A stretch of 53,757 nucleotides of DNA. Origin: Prorocentrum cordatum (lineage: Eukaryota). The notes beneath the pieces were generated by a model. It searched no databases. It worked only from the letters and a program-made list of their open reading frames with translations, and was not told the DNA's origin. The DNA lies in contig CAUYUJ010000288.1 of NCBI GenBank assembly GCA_963575745.1, forward strand, positions 62,001 through 115,757, written 5' to 3'. This document shows positions 1-12,804 of the stretch, piece by piece. Position 1 is the first letter of the stretch. Each line of letters starts with the position of its first letter. Position numbers and translations under genes: made by a program.

Positions 1-1098
1 CGGGCCTCAGGACCGTCAATAAACGACTCAGGACGAAAGACCGGTCCCGGGGAAGGGGCTCAGACCTTTGGGGGTCGACGTTGCGAAAAAATCACGACGT
101 CGGGGGTCTGGGTCGTGTGTTGCTAGAAGTGCCCCTGGCCCAAGGATTCTCGGTGTGGCCCAGACGGCCTCCCTCACGAGGGATCAGAGGGCCCCAGGGG
201 CTCCAGGATGGAGCGAAAAGCTGGGGGCACCTTGGGCTAGGGGCACCGTTCGCAACTCCCGACAACGGTCTCTCCGGCGATGACGCGCAGCCGAGGACCC
301 CAAAGGTCACCAAAGCTTCCCCAGGCGGTGGATACAGTGGGGGGGCGTTAAGGAATGCGCCCGGGCGGCTTCAGATGCTGGGGGGTCCCTAATCTGATGA
401 GGGCGGCGGTGATATGCACGGCGAAGCCTCAAGTTATGTGCCGCCTGCTTCCAGGCCCTGGACTCCTTCCTCATCCAACTCCTTCACCGTATGCGCACAC
501 AGACATGCGACGTCCTCATTTTTCAATAGGGGGCCCCTGAGGGTTCCAACCCTTTCCCCAGGGCCGGCTTATCATCCCGAGTTGTCTCTGGTTTGACAGC
601 CACGAGGCCCTGCGAGGGCCCCCCGAGGCCGAACACGGCCAAAAACCTCCCGTCCTGATCCTCTCACGACGCGATCACCGTACCTGCGTAAGACCCCGCC
701 TCCCCAGACCCCCGACGTCGCGATTTTTTCACAACGTCGACCCCCAGAGGTCTGGACCCCTCCCCTTTTGCATCCTGAGCTGTTTTTTTGACGGCCCCGA
801 GGCCCGGTTTAAGGGCCCCCGGAGGCCGAAGATAGCGAAAAACCTCCCCTCGCGACTGGGGGCTTGGGGGCCTCGAGATCCGACGTGGCGGAAAAAATGC
901 AACATACCAAAACATCGCGACCCGAGCCCTGGACCCCATCTGTCTGCGTCATTTTTCGAGCTGGATCGACATGTGAGGGTCTCGGGGCCCGACAATGAGC
1001 GAAAGCGCTGCTGGTTAAAAATTACAGCGCGAGATCTTAGGGTCGTCCTCGAACGAGGAGGAGGAGGAGGAGGAGGAGGAGGAGGAGGAGGAGGAGGA

Positions 1099-2032
1099 CC
1101 AGTGTAAACCCAAGAGTCCTCAACGATGTTGGAACGAACCCTCCCTCCAGGCTTCCTCTTCATAGGCCCTCTCAACTGTTCATTGCCACTGAAGGAAGTG
1201 CCTCGTTGGTAGACAACCGTCTGAAGAAAGCATGCCAAAACATTGTTCTCGGGATTCCAACGCCACGGATCAACCTGACTGTTGCGTCGTGACGATCTTG
1301 AACCGTGCCAGAACGCCATTCCTGAGATTTCAACACCGGCAATCAATGTAACTGTTGCACCCTCGTAAATCTTGAATCCTTCCAACGCATAAATTCTGGC
1401 ACTTTGACTATAGGAACCCGTGCAACGCATGCAGTTTTTTAGAACGAATGTGCGCGGCGCTATTTTGAAAATCAGTCGCCCTCAACCCGTGAAGCTCTTG
1501 CCATTATTTGAAACGAATGTGCGCGGTGCTCAGGCGGGAGCTACATGTTGAAAACCACCCGCCCTCAATCTGTGAAGCTCTTACATGTTGTAACAAATGT
1601 GCGCGGCGCTAAGGTGAGAACCACATTTTGAAAAAGAGCCGCCCTCAATCCGTGAAACCCTTACAAATGTTTACATCGAATGTGCGCGGTGCTAAGGCGA
1701 GAGCTACAGTTTGGAAATCACTCGCCCTCAATCCGTGAACCTCTTGCAATTATTTCAAACCGAATATGCGCGGTACTAAGGCAGGAGTTACATGTTGGAA
1801 ACCACCCGCCCTCAATCCGTGAAACTTTTGCAAATGGTTAAAGCGAGTGTACGCGGCGATAATGCGAGAACCACATTTTGAAAACGACCCGCCCTCCATC
1901 TGTGAAGCTGTTGCCAAGTTCTGAGCTTCAGGGTCGTAAATGGTGAGGAGGTCTTGGGCGAAACGCCCGGCCCGCTTTATAAATTGGCTTCGCGGTGCGA
2001 CAGGGAAGATATCATTTACAAGGAAAAGGAAT
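1099..2032 (+). repeat. ~0.9-kb GGA-bounded element carrying an ~84-bp minisatellite, copy 1
   Basis: CCAGTGTAAACCCAAG...AAGGAAAAGGAAT with internal units AAACGAATGTGCGCGGCGCTAAGGCGAGAGCCACATTTTGAAAA..CGCCCTCAATCCGTGAAGC. Confidence 0.85.
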
Positions 2033-3733
2033 AGAGGAAGAGGAGGAGGAGGAGGAGGAGGAGCCGAAGGAGGGGGAGGAGGAGCCAGGAGGAGGAGGAG
2101 GAGGAGGAGAGAGGAGGAGGAAGAGGAGAGGAGGAGGAGGAGGAGGAGGAGCAGGAGGAGGAGGAGGAGAAGGAAGGTGGAGGAGGAGGAGGAGGAGGGA
2201 GGAGGAGGAGGAGGAGGAGGAGGAGGAGGAGGAGGAGGAAGGGGGGTCTGGGTGCGCAATCCCCCGCGTCGCCCGAGGCTCCGCTGCGGGCCGCGCCGGC
2301 CGCCCCGCGGCCTCGCGCGGGCCGCGCGGGCGCGCGCCTGCAGGCCCTGTGCGCGGGCGGCGCGGCTGGCGCCTGGGCCGCCGCTCGGCGCGCCCGGCGG
2401 GCGGGCCCGCGCCGGCAGGCTTCCGTTTGGGGTTCGTCATTCTCCTCCTCGTCCTTCTCGTCCTTCTCCTTCTCCTCCTCCTCCTCCTCCTCCTCCTCCT
2501 CCTCCTCCTCCTCCTCCTCCTCCTCCTCCTCCTCCTCCTCTCCTCCTCGTCCTCCCTCCTCCTCCTCCTCCTCCCTCCTTCTCCTCTCCTCCTCCCCCAG
2601 ACCCCCTCGGGCGTGAGAGTCCATGTGGGGTTCGTCCTTCTCCTCTTCCTCGTCCTTCTCCTTCTCCTTTTCCTCCTCCTCCTCTCCTCCTCGTCCTTCT
2701 CCTCCTCCTCCTCCTCCTCCTCCTGTCCTCCTCCCCCAGACCCCCTTGGGCGTGAGAGTCCATGTGGGGTTCGTCCGTCTCCTCCTCCTCGTCCTTCTCA
2801 TTCTCCTCCTCCTCCTCCTCCTCCCACTCCTCCTCTTCCTCCTCCTCCTCCTCCTCCTCCTGTTCATCCTCGTCAGTTGCGCAGTAGGAAAACGTCCAGA
2901 AGATATCCGGCCCCCCTCCGCGTAGTGTGTTTTTACACGGGATTCCCAGGACATGGTTTTCGCTGTTTTTTGTTCAAGATGTTGCTCCCGCTGAAGCGCT
3001 GGCCTCATCTTCGGGCTTCCGCTCGTTCCGAATCGTGCTCCCGCTGCAGCGTTGGCTTTCCTTCGCGCTGCCTTCCTTTCCAAATAGGCTCCAAAATCTA
3101 GAAAATGGCTCCCCGAAAAAACCATCGGAAGTGATTACACATTCGGTGTCGATTCGTTGATTTCTTATGCCGCAGAAGCCCCACCCGCCACTTTGGAGCG
3201 TCGTCGTTTTCAGTCAGTATGAAGCGGGAGCTCCGTTTCTGCTTTGGGACGGCGATGTTGAAAGCAGAACCAGCGGGTGCTCTCCATCAGCCCCTCCTTG
3301 TGTGGAGCTACTCGGGGAGCCCAAGGAGCTAGACATGCAACCACGATTCCAGACCGACCACACCTTTCGAAGACGATCCATTTACCATCCAAGAAACCCG
3401 GCGCCATGCCATGACATGCTGAGCGGTGTTGTGTTCTGCGCCGCTGTGCGATGCCATGCTTTGCGTTGCAATTCTTTGTGATGCAATACCTCACTGCGCA
3501 ACGCCACGCCATGCTGTAGCATGCAACGCTTTGCCGTGCTCTTCTACGCCATGCCATGCCGTGCTCTACCATGCATCGCGCACCATCTCGCGAGAATCGC
3601 CCTGCTCGGCATCCGACGGAGCGAACAGACAGGATATCTACGGAATGGTAAGGGATGGGAGGGAGGGGTAGGACGTCAGATATGACGCGGGCGCACCTAG
3701 CTTGTCCTCTCCTCCTCCGCCTCATCCTCCTCC

Positions 3734-4451
3734 ATTTCTTTTCCTTATAACTGATCTGTCCCTGTCGGGAAGGAGTTGTAAGGACAGGCAAGTTTTTAGG
3801 GCGGGCCAGGGGTTTCGCCTGAGACTTTCTCACCACTTATGACTCTGAAGGCTTAAACAGTGACAGCAACTTCACAGATGGAGGGCGGGTCGTTTTCAAA
3901 ATGTGGCTCTCGCCTTAGCTATTAGCGCCGCGCACACTCGTTTATACAAGTTGCAATGGCTTCACGGATTGAGGGCGGGCCGTTTTCAATGCGTGGCTCT
4001 CGCCTCAGCGCCGCGCACATTTGTTTGTACAATTTGGAGGAGCTTCACGGATTGAGGGCGGGTCGATTTCAAAATGTGGATGTCGCCTCAGCGCCGCGCA
4101 CATTCGTTTATACAATTTGTAATAGTTTCACGGGTCGAGGGCGGTTCCCTTTCAACATGTGATTCCAATGATCAGCGTACCTGACATGGTGCTTGTTGGA
4201 AGGATTCAGGATTATGCGGGTGCAACAGTTATGTTGATTCGCGGTGCTGATGTCCCAGAAACGGCGTTCTGGCACGATTCCGGATCGCAAGAACGCAGCA
4301 GATGTATTGGCATGGCGCAGGATCTTCAAACGGCTGTCTTCCAACGAGGCAATTCCCGCAATGGAAATGAACCGTTGTAGGGGCCTATGAAGAGGGAGCT
4401 TGGAGGGAGGGTTATTTTCAACATCGTTGATGACTCTTGGGTTTACACAGG
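3734..4451 (-). repeat. Same element, inverted copy with fewer minisatellite units
   Basis: Reverse-complement termini and internal units. Confidence 0.85.
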
Positions 4452-6009
4452 TCCTCCTTCTCCTACTCGTCCTTCTCCTCCTCCTCTTCTTCCTCCTCGT
4501 CCGACGACGACCCTGAGATCCTGGCGTCCCAATTTGTTCGAGCCATGCGTTTTCGTTTCTTTTCGGGCCCCACGGCCCTCACAGGTCGATCCGGAACGGA
4601 AATGACGCAGCAAGGTGGGGCCTAGGGCTCTGGGCGTGATCTTTTACGATGTTGCAATGTGTTCGCGACATCGGATCTCAGGGAAGGTTTTTCCATATCT
4701 TCGGCCTCTGGAGGCCCTGGGACGAACAACAAAAACGATCCCGGGGAAAGGGTCCAGACTTCCAGGGGTCGACGCTGTGAACAAAAACGCGACGTCGGGA
4801 ATCTGGGTTTGGGGCTCGCTATTTACGGACTTGTAGTTCCGAGCGAGATGTTGGTCAGGCGGGGCGCTGGCGGAGGAGGTCGTCTTGATCTGTAGTGCGC
4901 GTGCGGTGTGAGTTGTTGTTGGCCCCCTTTGCGTCTTGCGATCCACTGCCCACCCCGGAAGTGCGTGGCGCAGGACCGCACTGTGAGTGGTTATGTTCGG
5001 GTGCTCACAGGGGTTTGCCTTCTGGCTGCGAGCCAGATTGCATCGACAAGTATCAGCTTCTCAGACCCCGTCGGGTCATGAAAACATAATACCCTGAGGT
5101 TGTTCGCTATGTTCTGCTTCCCGGGGCCCTCATAACGGGTCCTCGAGGCCGTCCAAAACTGGCTCCGGGTGAACAACTGGTTTCGAGGATTGGGTCCAGA
5201 CCGCTGGGGGTCCGCGTCATGAACAGATGCGACGCCGGAGGTCTGGGTTCGGGCGTTGCTAGCGAAGTGCCCGTGGTGTCTCTCTGACATCGCCTCCGCG
5301 CAGGAGTGGCCCTTCGCCAGGGTGACCTTCCAAGAGGTCCGCGGCTCCAGAAGAATGGGGGCGGTCGGTTTTCGGTTGTCTTCGCCCTCCGGGGGCCCTC
5401 GACGGGCGGCGGGGCCGTCAAAGCATGGTCCGGAACGACATGCCAGCCCGGGGGAAGTTGTCCAGACCTCCAGGAACCCACGCGTCGAACAAGTTCGGGC
5501 GCTTGATGTCTTGCTCTGGTGCGGGCCCACAGGGAGTCCCACGATCGCTGCATGCGATGCGGCAGCAGAAGCCTGCACGCCTGTGTTTGGCATCCCCGAG
5601 CCCCTCTGGAAGGCGCGCACCAAGGATCACTCTTGCCTAGGGTCACTTCGGGCATTGCCAGCTGAGTTCGGGGAGCAAGCAGTAGTGACATGACCATGCA
5701 CTTTTGGAGGTCCGCGTGGACTTCTTGGATCGGCGCTGGGGCCTCCTGGCGGCGCCTCCGTCGCCGCCCCTGGCGCGCTCCATACGCCAGCAAAGAGGTC
5801 CAGCGCTGATCCAAGAAGTCCGCCTGGACCTCCACACGTTTATCCGTAAGAGCTTCGCCCCCTGCTGCCGGCCCCCCTCTCTTAGAATGGGACTTGCCAG
5901 AGCTGTGTTGGGATGTCTGGACGCTGACGTGAAGCAATGTGGGGAGAGGGCCTTGTACGGCTTGCACCGCAAACCTGAAGAACTGCGTTCGAATTCTGAC
6001 AGGAGGGAT

Positions 6010-6303
6010 TATGGCTTCGGAGGCGCGAATATAGGGTCACTTGCGAGGGCATTGCATAATTTATGAGGGCGTATGTCCTCGAGGACGCCAACTATTGCGT
6101 ACTCTGCTAGGTTGCATGGCTTCGGGGACGCGAATATGGTGTAGTGTGCGAAGGTTTATGGTCTCGAGGGCGCGAATTTTCATAATTTACAAACTTGTAT
6201 AGCCTCGGGGACGCGAATACCGCATGATTTACAAAGGTTTCTGGCCTCGGGGACGCGAATTTGGGGTAATTTACAAGGGATCATGGCCTCGGGGACGCGA
6301 ATC
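6010..6303 (+). repeat. ~42-bp-period minisatellite (core GGCCTCGGGGACGCGAAT)
   Basis: Cores at 6118, 6160, 6201, 6243 and 6285, plus degenerate ones at 6013 and 6075. Confidence 0.8.
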
Positions 6304-7117
6304 TCATATTTTGTTTACATGTCCCTCGCCCCCCTGGAATTTTGAGAACCCTCCCAGGGCGTGGTAACAAATCCCATTTGGGGCTCCCACCCCTCGCGCG
6401 GGCAGCTAAATGACAGTAAGGAAGCAGAAAGCAGGACTGTAACAGTGGAAACTGAAAGCTGCAACTGGAACAGGGAGCTGCAATCTTGACCCTCGCAGCC
6501 TGGTGGCCCCGCCAGGGGGCCGGCGGATATGTTTATGCCATTGCCTGTTCTTCTTATAAGTGCCCATGGTGGCTTCCCGATCCCCTTGAGGCCCCTGGGC
6601 CTCCCTTGGTCCCAGACGTCCCACGCAATGTTCTGGTTCAGTACGCCTCCCCCCCAGAAATCCCGACCCGTTCCCGGGGACCGGCTTGGTGTCTTGAGTT
6701 GGTTGGTCTCAGCTCCGAGGCCCGGTGAGGGCCCCCAGAGGTCGACAGCGGCCAAAAGCTTTCCGTTTCTATCTTTTCCCCACAACGCGAGCCCAGACAT
6801 GCGACGTCCAGATTTTTTTCAATGCGGGGTCCCTGGAAATCCCGGCCCATTACCTGGGACCGGTTTCTCATCCTGCGTCGTTTTTTGACGGTCCGAAGGC
6901 CCGGCGAGGGCCCCCCGAGGCCGAAAGCGGCCAAACACATCCCGCCCTGACTTTGCTACGACGCGATCGTGTCTGGGAGCATGTCTGGATCGGTGCTCTG
7001 GAGGCTCCCTGGGCCGCCCGGGGGAGGTAAAATTCTAACTTTACCCTGGTCCGAAATCCAGCTTACTCGGGCTGAGTCCCGTTTCATCTGGCCTTTTGCC
7101 GCTTCATCCGCCTTGGT

Positions 7118-7285
7118 TTAAGTCGGGCATGTCCCTCTACAGGGGGAGTATTCGAAAATAGCCCAAAAATAATATGGGGACGATTTTTGGGGGTACTTTT
7201 TAGGGGGGGGCTATTTTTGAGTAGGTTTGGGGTATTTCCAATTTTTCGCCCCAAATCCGCCTGTAGGGGGACATGCCCAACCTAA
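7118..7285. mobile_element. MITE with ~25-bp TIRs and 8-bp TSD (hAT-like)
   Basis: TTAAGTCGGGCATGTCCCTCTACAGG...CCTGTAGGGGGACATGCCCAACCTAA; flanks GCCTTGGT/GCCTTGGC. Confidence 0.8.
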
Positions 7286-8159
7286 GCCTTGGCTCCGCTT
7301 CCTCCGCGGCCTCGTCCGGCGCAGCAGCCCCCCATTAGGGGCTGAACTCTCCTTGATCGTCCTCCCGACGAAGGCCTCCCAGCAGTCTCTTGCTATGTCC
7401 CTGGCCACGGGGCGGTCGCCCGTCGTGTGGCCTGTGCCTCCTCCTCGTCCTCCTCCTCCTCCTCCTCCTCCTCCTCCTCCTCCTCCTCCTCCTCCTCCTC
7501 CTCCTCCCCCTCCCCCTCCTCCTCCCCCTCCTCCTCCGCCTCCGCCTCCTCCTCCTCCTCCTCCTCCGCCTCCGCCTCCGCCTCCTCCCTCCCTCCTCCT
7601 CCTCCTCCTCCGTATGTCTGGGCCGGTGCTCTGGACCCAGACCCCGGGGCTGTGCCTCCTAGCCCATGGGGCCACGGGGCGGTCGCCCGTCGTGTGGCCT
7701 GTGCCTCCTAGCCCATGAGGCTGCTGGAGGTCTTCTTTCGGTCAGTGAGGTCTCCCTCACTGCCAGCAGCGCTGTCCCAGCCGCCGCTGCTGTGTTCACC
7801 AGGGCTGTGCGGGCGTGGAGCTCAAACAAAAAGCCTCCCAGCAGTCGCCTCCCGAATGTCTGGGCCGGAGCTCTGGACCCAGACCCCCGACATCGCGATC
7901 TTGTTCACAGCGTCGACCCCCCGAGGCCTGGACCCCTCTGCCGCCCTCCGCGGGAGCGGCTCCTCATCCCGAGCCGTTGTTTGACGGCCCCGAGGCCCCG
8001 TAAGGGCTCCCCCGAGGCCGAAAATATACGGAAACCTCCCGTCCCGATTTTTGTATGACGCGATCGTGTCCAGGAAGACCTCCCAGTGGTCGCCTCCTGA
8101 ATTCTTGGGTCGGTGCTCTGGGGGCCACCTGGGCCTCCCGGGGAGTCCACCCTGGGCCC

Positions 8160-8321
8160 AGGTCGGGCGTGTCCCTCTGCAGGGGGGATACTCAAACATA
8201 GTCAAGTAATAGTATGGGGACGATTTGTTTCGATTATTTTTGGGCGATCCTTGAATATTTGATTGGTAATTTTTGATTTTTCGTCCCAAAATCCGCCTGT
8301 AGGAGGACATGCCCGACCTAA
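8160..8321. mobile_element. hAT-like MITE copy 2
   Basis: Same TIRs; flanks CTGGGCCC/CTGGGCCA. Confidence 0.75.
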
Positions 8322-9101
8322 CTGGGCCACGGGCAGTACGGTGGAGACCCCTGCCAAGAAACACCCAACTTGCCTCCAGGCTGCCCTGGGTTTCTTGGTT
8401 GTCGATGGTTTTGCGATGGAGAGCGTGACGCTCCCACACCAAAGATCAATGGACGTCCTGGGGTCTCAGGGTTGGGTCTCTTGTTGAAGGTTTCTTGTGG
8501 TCGGGCCCATGTCCCAGAGATCCGACGTCGTGATTTTTCAATATGGGCCCCCCAGAAGTCTCGACCCCTTCCCCGGGACCGGTTTCTCATCCTGAGTCGT
8601 TTTTGACGGCCCCAGGGCCCGTCGAGGGCCCCTCGAGGCCAAAAAATAGAAAGAACCTTTGTCTTTTCTGTTGCATCTTCGGGGGACCTCGCCTGTCCCA
8701 AGAAATGGTGTCTTTGGAGGGGCCCGACGCGTGCTCGATGCGGACTCGACGCGGATTTGTCGTGGATTCGACGCGGATTCGACGCGGATTCGACACGGAC
8801 TCGAGACGGATCCGACGCGTCCGACTTGGATTCGACACGGATTCGACGCGGACAGGGCCGCGACGGGACAGACAAGGCCCCCCGAGGATGCAACATGACG
8901 CTTTGATTTTTTCAATACGTTGGATCTCTGGGATTGTACCTGAGCGCACCCGAGCAGGGCGCCGGCGCCAGCCAGCGCGCCGCGGGGGCGTGGCGCTGGG
9001 CGCCCGCGCCCGCGCCGGCACCGCAGGCCGGCGCGCCCGCGCGCCGCAGGCCGGCGCGCACCGGCACGGCCATTCACCGCCGTCCCTTCGGTGCACCGAG
9101 G

Positions 9102-10163
9102 GGGAGGGAGGGGGAGGAGGAGGAGGAGGAGGAGGAGGAGGAGGAGGAAGGAGGGAGGAGGAGGAGGGAGGAGGAGGAGGAGGAGGAGGAGGAGGAGGAG
9201 GAGGAGGAGGCGGAGAGACGAGGGACGAGGAGGAGAGGAGGACGAGGAGGAGAGGAAGGACGAGGAGGAGGGACGAGGAGGACGCGGAGGACGAGAGACG
9301 AGGAGGAGACGAGGAGGACGAGGAGGACGAGGGAGGGACGAGGAGGACGAGGAGGGGCCGAGGAGGAGGAGGGGAGGAGGAGGAGGAGAGGAGGAGGAGG
9401 AGGAGGAGGAGGAGGAGAGGAGGAGGAGGAGGAGGAGGAGGAGGAGGAGGAGGAGGAGGAGGAGGAGGAGAGGAGGAGGAGGAGGAGGAGGAGGAGAGGA
9501 GGGGTGGGGAGGAGGGAGGAGGAGGCGGGAGGAGGAGGAGGAGGAGGAGGAGGAGGAGGAGGAGGAGGAGGAGGAGGAGAGGACGAGGGAGAGAGGAGGA
9601 GGAGGATGGAGGAGGAGGAGGAGGAGGAGGAGGAGGAGGAGGAGGGGAAGGAGGGGGAGAGAGGGGGAGGGGGAGGAGAGGGAGGAGGAGGAAGGAGCGA
9701 GGAGGAGTGAGGGGGAGAGGAGGGGAGGAGGGGAGGAGGGGGAGAAGGAGGAGGAGGATGAGGAGGAGGAGGAGGAGGAGGAGGAGGAGGAGGAGGAGGA
9801 GGAGGAGGAGGAGGAGGAGGAGGAGGAGGAGGAGGGGAGGAGAGGGAGGAGGACGAGTGAGGGACGAGGAGACGAGGAGTGCAGGAGGAGGGAGGAGAGG
9901 AGGAGGAGGAGGAGGAGGAGGGGGAGGAGGGGAGGAGGGGGAGGATGGGGGAGGAGGGGGAGGATGGGGAGGAGGGGGAGGAGGAGAGGAGGAGGAGGAG
10001 GAGGAGGAGGAGGAGGAGGGGGAGGAGGAGAGTAGGAGGAGGAGGAAGAGGGGAGGAGGAGGAGGAGGAGGAGGAGGAGTAGGAGGAGGAGGAGGAGGAG
10101 GGGAGGGGGAGGGAAGGAGGAGGAGGAGGAGGAGGAGGAGGAGGAGGAGGAGGAGGAGGAGGA
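9102..10163. repeat. Long imperfect (GGA)n tract
   Basis: Direct inspection. Similar tracts at 2033-2240, 2442-2860, 7437-7610, 12380-12803, 14457-14763, 16034-16113, 22190-22400, 24508-25398, 30180-30843, 34950-35365, 45084-45238 and 51729-51830. Confidence 0.95.
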
Positions 10164-12036
10164 CCAGTGTAAGCCCAAGGGTCATCAACGATGTTGGAGT
10201 AAACCCTTTTTCCAAGCTCCCCCTGCATAGGCCCCTACAACGGTTCATTTCCATTGAGGGAGCTGCCTCCTCGGAAGACACCCGTTTGGAGACCCTGAAC
10301 CATGCCAAAACATTGTTCTCGGAAGCCAGCGCCACGGACAAACCTGCATGTTGCGTCTTGACGATCCTGAATCGTGCCAGAACGCCATTCCGAGGACTTC
10401 AACACAGAGAATCAACCTGACTGTTGTACTCAATCCTTCCAAAACGCCATTTCTGGTACGTTGATGATGGGAACCCGTGAAACTTTTATGAACGTTGTAA
10501 ACGAATGTGCGCGGCGCTAGGGCGAGAGCCACATCTTGAAAAAGAACTGCCCTCAATCCTTGAAGCTCCTGCAGTTTGTTTAAACAAATGTGCGCGGCGC
10601 TAAGGCGAGAGCCAAATTTTGAAAACGACCCGCCCTCGATCCGTGAGGCTCTTGCAAATGTTTAAACGAATGTGCGCCGCGCTAAGGCGAGAGCCACATT
10701 TTTGGAAAATCGCCCGCCCTCAACCTGTGAAGCTCTTGCAACTATTTTAAAACGAATGTGCGCGGCGATAAGACGAGAGAGCCACATTGTGAAAACCGCT
10801 CGCCCTCGATCCATGAAGCTCTTGCATTTGTTTAAAACGAATGTGCACCGCGCTGAGGCGAGAGCCACATTTTTGAAAACCACCCGCCACCCATTTGTGA
10901 AGCTGTTGCCAACACTTTAAACTTCAGAATCATCAGTGGTGAGGGAGTCTCAGGCGAAACGCCCGGCCCGCCCTAAAAACTTGGCTTCGGGCTGCGACAG
11001 GGAGAAGTTATGTATAAGGAAAAGGAATGGAGGAGCAGGAGGAGAGGAGGAGGAGGAGGAGGAGGAGGTGGTGCAGGAGGAGGACCAGTGTAAACCCAAG
11101 AGTCACCAACGATGTTGGCAGCCACCCTCCCTCTAAGCTCCCTTTTCACAGGCCTCTACAACGGTTCATTTCCATTAAGGGAACTGCCTCGTTGGAAGAC
11201 AACCGTTTGAAGATCCTGCAGCATGCCATTACACTGTTCTCGGGACTTCAACGCCACGTATCAACCTGGCTGCCGCGTTCTTGCGATTCGGAATTGTGCC
11301 AAAACGCCATTTGGTGATTTCAACACCGCGATTCAACATAACTGTTGCACCCGCATAATCTGGAGTCCTTCCAAAACACCATCTTTGGTACGTTGATCAT
11401 GAGAACCAGTGAAACTTCTGCAGTTGTTTAAAACGAATGTGCGCGGCGCGAAGGCGAGAGCCACATTTTGAAAAGGAACCGCCCTCAATCCGTGAAGCTC
11501 TTGCATTTTTACAAAGAATGTGCGCGGCGCTAAGGCGAGAGCCACATCTTGAAAAAGAACTGCCCTCAATCCCTGATGCTCCTGCAGTTTGTTTAAACAA
11601 ATGTGCGCGGCGCTAAGGCGAGAGCCACATTTTGAAAACCACCCGCCCTCAATCCGTGAAGCTCCTTGCAAATGCTGAAAACGAATGTGCGCGGCGCTAA
11701 GGCGAGAGCAACATTTTGAAAACCACCCGCCCTCAATCCGTGAAGCTCTTGCATTGTTTTACAAGGAATGTGCGCCGCGCTAAGGCGAGAGCCACATTTT
11801 GAAAACGACCCGCCTTCAATCAGTGAAACCCTTGTAGGTTTTGAAAACGAATGTGCGCCGCGCGAAGGCCAGAGCTACATTTCGAAAACGACCCGCCCTC
11901 CATTCGTGCAAATTGCTGCCACTTTCTAAGCTTCAGAGTCATAAATGGCGAGGAAGTTTCAGGCGAAACGCCCGGCCCGCCCTAAAAACTTGCCTCGAGG
12001 TGCGACAGGGAGGATTTCTCGATAGGGAGAAGGAAT
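10164..12036 (+). repeat. Two tandem copies of the same element (10164-11028, 11085-12036) separated by a GGA tract
   Basis: Conserved termini; 5-6 minisatellite units each. Confidence 0.9.
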
Positions 12037-12037
12037 C

Positions 12038-12087
<50 letters not shown>

Positions 12088-12103
12088 CGACGATGACGAT
12101 GAC

Positions 12104-12185
<82 letters not shown>

Positions 12186-12186
12186 T

Positions 12187-12228
<42 letters not shown>

Positions 12229-12284
12229 ATAGATGGATGATGATGACGATGATGATGATGATGATGATGATGTATTGATGATGA

Positions 12285-12363
<79 letters not shown>

Positions 12364-12380
12364 GAGGAATCGATGATGAT
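12038..12380. repeat. (GAT)n microsatellite
   Basis: Direct inspection. Confidence 0.95.
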
Positions 12381-12804
12381 GAGGAGAGGAGAAGAGGGAG
12401 GGGGAGGGAGGAGGAAGGAGGGGAGGAGGGGGGGAAAGGAGAGGGAGGAGGAGGCGCGAGGAGGGTGGAGGAGGAGGGGAGGAGGGAGGAGAGGAGGAGG
12501 AGGAGGAGGAGGAGGAGGAGGCGGAGGAGGAGGCGGAAGAGAGGGGAGAAGGAGGAGGAGGAGGATCAGGAGAGGAGGAGGAGGAGGAGGATGAGGGGAA
12601 GCGAGGGGAGGAGGAGGAGGAGGAGAGGAAGGAGGTAGGAGGAGGAGGAGGAGGAGGAGGAGGAGGAGGAGGCGGAGGAGGAGGAGGAGCGAGGAGGAGG
12701 GGAGGAGGAGGAGGAGGGGGAGGAGGAGGAGAGGAGGAGGAGGAGGAGGAGGAGGAGGAGGAGGAGGAGGAGGAGGAGGAGGAGGAGGGGGAGGAGGAGG
12801 AGGT

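Noticed and set aside
6010..6303. 18-bp core repeated every ~42 bp with variable spacers
   Set aside because: The spacers are mutually similar (TAATTTACAA-like) and the cores degenerate; this is a minisatellite, not CRISPR.
6360..9075. Possible minus-strand multi-exon gene (GC-rich MAVPVRAG.. segment ending CTCAG|GT near 8940, plus unique blocks between repeats)
   Set aside because: No recognisable motif and no consistent exon chain could be built; it needs transcript data.
8538..10420. Long ORFs (500-625 aa) on both strands; likewise at 1940-3125, 11959-13413, 23748-25824, 34689-36269 and 44718-46272
   Set aside because: They are homopolymeric translations of stop-free GGA/CCT, GAT or GT microsatellites, open in several frames at once.
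10490..11930. Regular ~84-bp repeats resembling a CRISPR array
   Set aside because: Whole units are homologous with no unique spacers, there are no cas genes, and the context is eukaryotic; this is a minisatellite.
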